Shown here: piece by piece, positions 55,301 through 63,000 of the stretch
How positions within the stretch are numbered: the first letter of the stretch is position 1
Layout: each line of letters starts with the position of its first letter
Source: a virus
Length of the DNA: 64,000 nt
Direction: 5' to 3' (one strand)
Virus record (IMG/VR): IMGVR_UViG_3300027839_000006
Span: 1-64,000 of that record
Translations under genes and position numbers: made by a program
Notes under the pieces: model-generated
What the model was told of the DNA's origin: nothing
Database searches by the model: none
Seen by the model: only the letters and a program-made list of their open reading frames with translations

Positions 55301-56970
55301 CCTACCAAATCAAGTACGGCGACATCACTCTCGCCACTTTGATGGGGTCCATCGATAGTGATCCAAACCTCCAGTCGGCTGGTATTCGGACTACTGTCGC
55401 AACGCTCGATGAGCAGAATGCCTCATTCATAAGTGGAACATCCCCTTGGGATATGGCTCTGAAGCAAGGCGATAACGTCATCGACTTTGATGAGCAGGCG
55501 TGGGGAGCCACTTCATCAGTGACCTGGACATCTCTACCAGTCTTCGTAGCGGCAACATGGACCATTCTGGAGATAGATGACTTCCTGCGGCTTGGACATG
55601 AGGTCGATCCTGCTGAAACCCGAAGTATTCAAGCCTCGTATGACGCTGCCCGCACCCCGCACGAAGTACAGGTCAGTTTCAATGCCTCATCTGGACTCAC
55701 AACGATTACCTACGGGGCCAACACCACCCTCAGTGAACTGATGATGGGCTGGGAGCTTTACGTCAGTGACAACAACCTTTCCAGTCCAGCAGCGGTGACA
55801 GCGGGTAATCACCCGGCTGAAGTTGATGGTCTCCCCGGCTTGGGCGATGACAGCATCTCTGGGGCTGAACTCGTAGCCAACGGCGGGGATATTCCGTTGC
55901 TGGGCATTACGAGTGATACTTACGGTTTCTGGAGTCGCAACCTTCCCATAGCGGTGATGGGTCAGGCGACCGTTGTTACGGCAACCCAGACCGTCACACC
56001 TTATCTGACTGACTTCACCTTCACTTGGGACATGCCCGAAGAGTTCGACAACGCTGGTACTGTCATCCCTGCCATCGGCAACTTGGAAGTCACTCACACG
56101 GCGGTCCCAACTACCGCTTTCAGCAGCTACTATCCCTATGGGCAAGGCATTAGCATCACGCACGATTCAACCCTCTCGACCTCGTTTGGCAGTCAAATAA
56201 CAGGGATCGCACCGAATCAGATCGTAGCTATCACGTACAATGACAGCCAGCCGATAGCTCTACTGATGGCCCACATCAAGACCGTTCTCGAAGCACTGCC
56301 ATTAGCTAATGGCAGCACCGTTACGGTGACACTTGGCGGGGTCGATGCCAATGCAGTACAGAGTGACCCCACCGCTAATGTAATGACTCAACTTGGAAGC
56401 CAAAGGCTCCTGTTTGATACGCCCACGTCTTTGAACTTGAACACTCCGGCCCCTGCTTCTTGGGGCTACACGGCGGCGTACAACGAATGGCAGGTTGCAT
56501 GGACCATTGGTGTCTCGGGGGAAGCTAACAACCCGAACCAAGACCAATCGCACGAACTGGTGCTCTCACGGATGAGCGTACATACCCCCGAGGCACCCCC
56601 GCCTTTTTACAGCATCAGTTTTGAGTACGATTCCACGGCAGCCGCCGGTTCCGTGAATCCCGTGCAGAACGACATAAATGACCCCACGGCAGGTGTAGTT
56701 TGGAAGTACGGGGTCAATGTCTCGATGATGGACCTAATGTATGCCATTGACGTTTCTGCTTCTTGGGGAGGTAGTGATACCCCGTCCAGATTCTCGACAT
56801 TGGACGGGAACACTCGGGACGAAGTTCCCGGTGGAGTGGCCGGAGACTTTACACTCGTCGCATATGACTCAGAGGGCAACGCCGCCAAGGCTCTGTTCCT
56901 ACCAGCAATCCAGACATGGGATAGCACTGACACGGTGGTCCCAACCCCTGCGACATGGGACACAGTATAA
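49369..56970 (+). CDS. Giant fibre-like protein: globular N-terminal half, Ala-rich coiled-coil stalk, six C-terminal repeats, 2533 aa
   Basis: RBS GGGAG. HIDDETGAHPAASI...ADDVEGALDEL fibre-linker motif. Composition changes abruptly after VRGLVGIEILHP. Confidence 0.8.
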   Translation: MPRKKNPGDIRVGAGSRSVEETNWTLTPGKAGKVDEADASHAEAEHDHGIGPGGVGSSPLKTHIDDETGAHPAASISIDGNPGGVFTADDVEGALDELSALIPPKPPKVGYERCFLDLTGIPDWGVLKLTDASLLFRSPAIFTHTSNPPASIYPYYWHPTHPAWEHRPFEAEGKQFDNDYTMAGEQWSQGGDDPWTDHTFNIHAVTYSGGGAGLTHAGAFTRSDNNNVHERVDTVRIYPAYDIGTGTNVDDNGLIPVVLSGMIHPADRGLLALIYWPPGGDIAAFMAQDLAEQVPAAILLGQGILGQGCPCDGDPGGIFLMGEDENGDFDPYEWPGAAAGQSSLQELHSGIRYDGLIFSQDSPYYNFDELQDESKEIGSFVLNGTEVTFTVTNHLFDEADVVSVRENSTHPWLNTDWIIELVDNDHFLIRLGEDVGSATVDPADGKVFRKVGANKAHYPDEVHTPYPGQVRLGTDPQAGQAIPNGIPILGAYSKARAGGNDNNFFRYRLPYLNEYSNEACWRLKWTPTSEKGRYYLKPAVALEPDDLLAQAGDYPDFTKDYWPFQLGRYRHRFLINACPCVGIENAPFDLGSYVLVHFKKEVYFEDMVARGEMPTKDRIYSAYLAHFDDPEHVSNAANAEESGWQALIGPDFNRAPWSYHVMRASILADMRESSDAPTISNAAFDYETVGDNVMWVSGVAYFHPTQADGTAGFWLKDVTTSAAGLWANNYRTSDHLQRVLNTPNPALLGVAPFSYTTHVPDWVDTDGVGKPRRQRVEFDMEYLLGAVPGFGVDLAPIATAAANISVDTMKLSGDAAFASFSSDAHPRAWFRRPLGHTTYSPASTVLPTIGVSLMLPNGLKLLNHSSALSLYPIFGNFFEGGIPLLSLTGGLMADKPLAIWKDSVEWFLDESYRYSLDWSLALNGGDIQDELNARLAGPGLPYTSGNPQPIEVPVRAAHTPTITAVINSEAVDCDWNNASWLQAGLHEQSLTVFTDPGEAQVAGLPDRNPPMFEGLQSPFPARGILLYPQTSYTGTHRPLAGEDYAGNAQPDYSGITGDRGYVRCFNVGFSRTDYGSSAAGQPFFTLRLWGLHVSDIAYMAPGPGSYSISVQVKVPGLTTWMDLGRPDGAGPSKQDPKLDGAGCLVRGPETKNNPAEPVTGLVSCDLKVNVGPVANLFESTGHDFVAGEVPVLIKVVLKDRESTLQGNPNVLQYDFRHRWDSEDGDFDGGPHPDFESGLVRGLVGIEILHPEGHAAPSPAALPPGLPVVTAPAPFSVELDVAAAASAAQAISFAIAATVASQQVVQQSFTTLFPSLMVGLNEAIAAAQAQSSAASSTASPIQVFDYQPTVEGLDPSATLTVAPAALVEALEGLETMFASKTEIFQAFDPVANPLLATELIGTTGGWGSMDGVDVGVDPFGVNAAQLALNVANADLVAVQSSYDEAVASLAALTTAVTTLYDHYTAEGTDPTSETVYNGLIAAQTTAQQQVDQLGAALAAALAAVEAASADLAQANARTAQSQAASATATSTDAENQAAAAVANDAAHAAVTSAAAAVADYQAAIVSVTDAIATLIAASAPTGPGSIVATLQAILAANEAALAEAMATQEAANATYVETQAVLALAQAAYDASLAPTVSTSLWTLATHASDPAVPAGSVLAFSSYSGTAPTLTVSHDPTLGIAAHLFGSDANGILLTYGPGFSMGALLALLESHYAADNASAMFYDGSNWLVSNTMLGTGADFFLAGATESLNLGPAELGANGAGTWVAQAVDHSVIWSISTYSSVQPGQNTGATAWGDLTFTASTANIPAGVTGVLVEYDANAAAGSVVELSTTPNLTLKYGPGVQLSALMDAWANSNLIPGTEATFVTAIGTYDSSALAASAEDGFIQTIGHFSLELVANTFAETPTAISGEWTLVTQDFTTSWSLMTPTPTAIGTFAVTQTVIGPATVSPQVGIQIEYDASVADYSGTTVGDPGSDTYQIKYGDITLATLMGSIDSDPNLQSAGIRTTVATLDEQNASFISGTSPWDMALKQGDNVIDFDEQAWGATSSVTWTSLPVFVAATWTILEIDDFLRLGHEVDPAETRSIQASYDAARTPHEVQVSFNASSGLTTITYGANTTLSELMMGWELYVSDNNLSSPAAVTAGNHPAEVDGLPGLGDDSISGAELVANGGDIPLLGITSDTYGFWSRNLPIAVMGQATVVTATQTVTPYLTDFTFTWDMPEEFDNAGTVIPAIGNLEVTHTAVPTTAFSSYYPYGQGISITHDSTLSTSFGSQITGIAPNQIVAITYNDSQPIALLMAHIKTVLEALPLANGSTVTVTLGGVDANAVQSDPTANVMTQLGSQRLLFDTPTSLNLNTPAPASWGYTAAYNEWQVAWTIGVSGEANNPNQDQSHELVLSRMSVHTPEAPPPFYSISFEYDSTAAAGSVNPVQNDINDPTAGVVWKYGVNVSMMDLMYAIDVSASWGGSDTPSRFSTLDGNTRDEVPGGVAGDFTLVAYDSEGNAAKALFLPAIQTWDSTDTVVPTPATWDTV
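54280..56800 (+). repeat. Six degenerate protein-level repeats (about 130-175 aa period)
   Basis: Recurring W...[ILV]x[ILV]x[YH]D...[ILVW][TK]Y[GN]x3-4[LMI]xxL[LM], with anchors near 54450, 54880, 55310, 55705, 56230 and 56700. Confidence 0.7.
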
Positions 56971-57031
56971 CCATGCTTGGAGCACTTGATGAAGCAGTTG
57001 ATATTTGAGCTTTTTTGGATGGCCGGTGCCC

Positions 57032-57063
57032 CGATAGTCCCACTATACGGCACACCTTGTAGA
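57032..57063 (+). promoter_or_regulatory. Intergenic motif copy 4 (putative late promoter)
   Basis: CGAT-AGTC-CCA-CTATA-N11-GTAGA, followed by GGAG and ATG at 57083. Confidence 0.55.
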
Positions 57064-57082
57064 GCACGGAGAGTCGAGTCTC

Positions 57083-60000
57083 ATGGCAACAGATAAGGAA
57101 CTGCTTGAAAAGTTGCGTAAGGCCCTCGAAGAAAAGGGCCATACGACAGCTTTGCGTGAACCGTGGCAAGAACACCTTGACCGGCATACCTCTGTGTCTT
57201 CAACGGCGTCTTTGCAGGCGTCCGAGATCTTCTCGGACTTCGCTGGATCGTGGGCTGCTTCCTATCAAGTAGACCCCACCGCCACAGATCTGGACAAGAT
57301 CTCCAACGAGCGGCTGCCCCCTTCTCCTGCGAAGATGACCTCCAAGCTCGGTCTCCCGGGCTACCCCGAAGTCAACTTCATCCCGTACAGCCACAACACG
57401 AATCGTTTTGGCGTCAAGGGGCCATCTCTTTTAGGCCATCCGATCTCTTTCGAGGTCATCGGGCCAACCGCCAAGTCTCCCAACGTGGACTGGCAGTGGT
57501 TTCTTCAAGAAGGCTCCAGTGAAGACCGCCTCTATTTGGATCTTGGGGCGAACCTCCAAGATCCAAATGGAAGCAGTGTTCTGGCTCCTTCGATCACCAG
57601 CCTGCAAGACGGTTATGGGGATCTCTACGGTGACAACAGTCAGGCCGGGATCTATGTCATCATCACCCAGACGGGTGAGAACTCCAAGACGGACACCCAA
57701 GTAACGGGTGTTGGTGACGGCTACATCGCTCTGGAGGGCGTTGCAGGCCCGGGTGGGGGTCTCCGAGAGGCGATTCGTGCCAAGACCGGAGCCTCGAAGT
57801 ATGAAATCTTCCGAGTTGTCTCCTGGTCAAACGACTACCTGCAACTCGATCCGGGTAAGCGGATTCGAGACCACTTTGACATCTCGGCCAGCACAGACCC
57901 GATCATCCGGTCGATCATGTTGGTTCGACCAAAGGCCACTCGAATGGTCTCCATCCCCGGTACAGGGGATGCGAAGGGACAAGAACGTGCCCTCGTTGTG
58001 GTTCCTCCCGAGCGGTCCCTCAACTCCGATCTGAAGCCTCCTTATGAGTACGACAACGCTGCTCCTGGCTCATGGCGAACCGAGGGGTTCTACGGAGCTT
58101 GGCCCGGTCTGGGTAATGGCGACTCAAATCTTTACGCTCAAGGGTCGTCTCTTCCGGTCCCTCGGATCGTGGGCCGGTCCCGGGCTTTGCTCCCATCTAC
58201 TTTGGAAGTCCCTGGCGTACCCCCCAATCTTCTCGTACTCAAGGCCGCCACTTACTCGGGGGTTGAAGATGCGAGGGATGAGCTAAAGGCCGGGGATGTC
58301 ATCCATCTCCATGAGGTCTATTCTGACGAACTTGCGGAGGTAGCTCCGAAACTGACCGCCTCACCACATGGTTGGTGGGAAGTAACCAGTGTTCCTGCCC
58401 GTGGGGGGACAGACCAGTTTATCCAGCTTCGAGGGATCGAGGAAGTAAACCCACGCACGGGTAAGGCTCACTTCGGTCCGTGGGCAATCGACGGGTCAGG
58501 CCAAGATCTCTCACAACCGGTCCCGCAGGTTTGGGTCAAGTTCACGATCCACAAGCCCATCAAAGACTTGTGGAGCAACACAGGTACGGGGTATCAGTTT
58601 GATCTGGACGCTCTGAAGAGCGCCCGCTTGACCAACTTGATTGACCCTTCTTGGGTCCGTGAGTCTGGTAAGGCCATTGAGATTGGGCACGAAACGGTCT
58701 GGGCCAAGGCCGATAAGGCCATCTTCGATACCACGTCTTCACAGCAGGGTCTTTCTGGAACGAACGCAAACCCAGGCAGCTTGCTGGACCTCGGTTTCCG
58801 AATGGTCCTCTTCCCCGCTATGGCGTCGGGGGATCATCTGGTCCCAGACTTCGCCAACCCGATTGATAGCCTGGAGGTTCGTTTAGATGAGGATGCTGCT
58901 GACGAACGGCAGTATCTCACTATCGACTATTCAGCAGGCATCGTGGTCCTCTCTCACTCCCCCAAGCTGGGGTGTGAGCTTGATCCTCATGGGTTGATTG
59001 GGCAGATCACCGACTTGAACCCTCGGGGTGAGCTTGTTCTCTTTGCTTCCTGTGTTCCGTACTCGATGGAGATGGGACAGCTTGGATCAAGCATCCGAGT
59101 CACTTCGGGAGCGATGGAGCCCGACTGGTGCCTCCCCGATTCGACCCAAGCCGATGTCTATGGTGCCCGTCACCGTGTAGATATCAAGACGGATGTTGAT
59201 GGGGCACCACAGATCGTAGGCAGTCAGGTCTTGGGTCAATCCCTCGTCTTGGCGCTGGCTGTTCCAGCCACACCGATGGAGTTCAAGAAGTCCCTGGCGG
59301 CTTTCCCGGTCGCTGGTCACATCGAGATTCTTCAGTCGAGCGAGGCCCCGGCGTTTACCACAACGTCATCGACCACGGACACTATCCGACTCTCGACGTT
59401 CTCCTATAACGGAGTGGACGTATACACAGACTCGGACGGCCCGTGGGTTCGGTTGCGAAATGTCTATGGCGGTGCGGACGCTGGCAATAGCGTAACGGTC
59501 AATCACGACGGGGAGTTCCTCGTCGTATTCCGCAAGGACTTCTACCCAGAGACCGTGATCGACTCCACGGGAGACTCTGACTTCTCCTATCAGTTGGACA
59601 CGACACACGGTTCTGCCAAGCGTACAAAGACCCTCCGGTTTGCTCACGCCAACCTGTTCGAGAACCTCGACGGAACCATCACGGTTTACCCAACAGCCGT
59701 TGACGGACCAGCAGAGGAACTGCGGGCCTTCTTCCCACTTGGGGGGCCAGACGACACTGCTCGATTCCATTTGGTCCCCGAGACGCAGATGTGGACCGCA
59801 GACAGCGGCCCGTGTCGGGATGATGGGGAGCATGAGGTCGGTATTGAGATCAAGCGGGGACGCTTCTTCTCGTCCATGCGAGTGGATGTTCGCCAAGACC
59901 ACATGCGGTACTGGCGGTTCACCAACCTCGTATCGAAGCTGGAGCTTCAAGCACCACAAGGACTTGAGACGCCACCAGATACTTTCGTAGCCCACATCAA

Positions 60001-63000
60001 CACCGGGCAGGATGCAACTCAACCCCTGCCTCCGCACTACATGGACTGGATGCCCCAATCTGAAGGGGCTCTCTGCGCCGTCATTGAGGGTTCAGTCATC
60101 TTCTCCAGAGGACTGGCCGAGCTTGGTAGTTCAGCGGTCTCGGCATCAACGGAAAGCGCCCGATTCGTTCTCAATGCCCGTATGTATATGGGACTCGACA
60201 GTCAGTTCTTTGCTGGCCGCCCGTCTTTCCGTGATGAGTATGCACAACGAGACACCTTCCCGTCCCGTGGGTTGGAATCCCAGATCGCAGGTATTCTTGC
60301 AGAGGCCGAAGAAGGCCCCGCCAACCCGATCAACTGGTTCGCCCACACTGCCGAGGTGTGGAACAACGACCTCAATGCTGATCGGTGGGAAGTCCGAGCC
60401 AAAGAGCTACGTGAAGACGTAAACAACCACTACGGACGGCAGCGTCATGGTGGGATGGGCAAGATTGCTTCGTTCTACACGGACGCTCTTGAGTCCCCGA
60501 ACTACAAAGAAGACACACGATTGGCCTTTACGGAACGTCAAGTTTCGACGCTCCCGACCAAGCCGTATCTGTTGTCTGATCCCATCCCCCAGGACGGGAT
60601 GGCGTTCCCAGAGGGCTATCGGTACATCCTAACGGTCAAGTCGGCTGACCCGAAGAACGGCAACGCCTCCAAGTGGATCACTGCCCAGGTCATTAGTACC
60701 GATGAGATGCCGGTCACAACTGATCCAAATGTTGTTGCCCACTACCTCAACAATGCGATTTACGATGGCACCGTTTCCAACAACATCGATGCAGAGTTGG
60801 ACAACGCAGGGTTCTTCAAGACCCTTGGGGCGGGTGCTTCTTATGCAGCCGGTAACAGTCTTCTCGGGACGAGTACATTAGTATCCAACCTGACCCGTAA
60901 CCCCATGCTTACCCGGGATGAACGCCAGTTTTTGTGGTGCGGCCCCGGTGATCCACGACACCCCGAACACGTTATCGGAGGCTCCAACGATACTGGTAAG
61001 GTTGCCCTGCTTTGCGGTGGCTGGGGTTCTGCTTCTGCTGAAAGTTCTGCTGGCAGCCATCGAGACTTTACTAATGTCGTTGTTGAGTTCACCCATACAG
61101 CAGACTTTGGAGACGCCGGGTGCTCTGGTTGTGAAGATCTGGCCGAGTTCCTTGGCGGAGACTTCGCTCTCGACCGGCCTACATGCGGGTTGTTCTTCGG
61201 AGGGCACGCATGGGAGACCTTCCAAGTCGGTGCCCAAGCCTACGGGACAGACCTTCCGATAGAGGGCTCGCAGCTATTCGTTGGCAGTCAGGTTTACACA
61301 CTCACCGCCGATGACAACGTAGTACATCCCGACAAACCCTTCGTTGGCACCAATGTCCGTATTGCTTCGGGTGGTTTCGACACACTGAAGAACTTGGTTC
61401 GAGCAATCAGTACACACTCTGGGGACAGGGTGTGGATGTTCCTCCCTCCCGAGTACCTTCAGGACCAAACATCACAAGCCATTATTGAGAACGCTCCCGG
61501 TCACATTATTCGTCAAGAAGAAGATGTCACCCAACTCCGGTGGGTGGGTGGTCGTCAAAACGACCCGGCCAACCCGTGGTTGACGTTTTCGCAACCGGGC
61601 GGCGCTTCAGATCTACATGCCACTGTTTGGTGGTATCGCCCAGCCCCCGCAGTGAACACGGATGTCAATCCGTGGGAGTTTGGCAGTGGCTTGGACGGTA
61701 ACAAAACCGAGGCCCGACTTTCGGATGCCCTCGGGTTCCTTCAGCGTGGAACCCCCCCGTTGGGTTCAATGGCCGGTTCCTTTCCCATTAGGGGCACCTA
61801 TGGCGACACAGAGGCACTGGTCCTCGGGATGCCGAAGGGAGATAGCCCCTATTACAGTGGCCCCCAGGCAGGAACAGGGCTCCCGAAGATTCACGGCAAA
61901 CATGCCATCCCGGGCTACCTGGGACGGTGGGCGTGGGACATTGAGAACACCATTGATCCTATTGATGTCACAGACCCCACTACCGCAGGCATCGGTCAGA
62001 TCCTTGCCACTTACGGTGTAGGGGCTCATTCAGAGAACCATTTTTCCAGCCAGTTGGCGAACCGTACCAGTTTGGAAATGGCGGGCGTGGCCCCCGATGG
62101 GTTTATCAACACGACGCCCCATCCCCACCATCTCCAAGTTGGGGATGAAGTCACTATCTCGGGCTCATCCCTCCAGCTTCCTTGGCTCGGTGAGCACAAA
62201 GCTCTGAATGGTCGCCATCGGGTGATCGCACTCTCCACCGACCAAGATGGGAACACAGACCCGTTCAAGTTCCAGATTGATCTGGGGGACGGCACCGGCT
62301 CTGTAATCCAAGACCCAATCGACAACTTCTATGAGTTCCACGGTCTCGGGGAAGTCTCTGTTGGTAAGACCTTCCAAACAACGGATACCCGTTGTGGGTT
62401 CGGCGAACAGCAAACTGGCTACGAGTCCTTCCTTGTCTACGCAGTGGAACTGGATCGTCACGACACCGCAGCCCTTCTGAAGAAGAAAACAGTACGGGAC
62501 TTCATCGGAGTCGGGGACATTATCACTGGCCGCTCATTGAGCATCGCCGGGGATGAGACCTATCCGTTCGTTCCTGTTGAGGGGCAGCGTAACGATCCTT
62601 CGTTCCACGGCCTTGTCTTTGATCCTCTCGCTCCGTTGTCTCTGAAGACCGGGGCTGTGGATGAACAAGGCGCTCCGGTAACCGTAGACAAGATCGGTAG
62701 CTCGGCCTTTACGTTCCTTGTCCATCGGACGATGAACACGGACCGGGCAGCATGGCCGAGTTCGGAGCAAGCCCAACTTGCATCGGCGCTCCCCAGTCAC
62801 CTCCGAATGTCGGAAGTGCAGCCGTATGACTTCGGGTTCAGCACCCCAGACCGGGCGTTCCCGGTTGGTGAATCCTTCAGCATTTCGATCATCGCTAATG
62901 CGAACGCCATCACGTCTTCGGGGACTTTCAAGAGCCTGTATTCCGCTTTGTACGGGATACATGGAAAGGGATACACAGGTACTTCGGCCACCCCCGGTCT

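Noticed and set aside
56990-57017. Possible intrinsic terminator ending in TTTTTT
   Set aside because: Only a weak AAGC/GCTT stem precedes the T-run, which is not enough to call.
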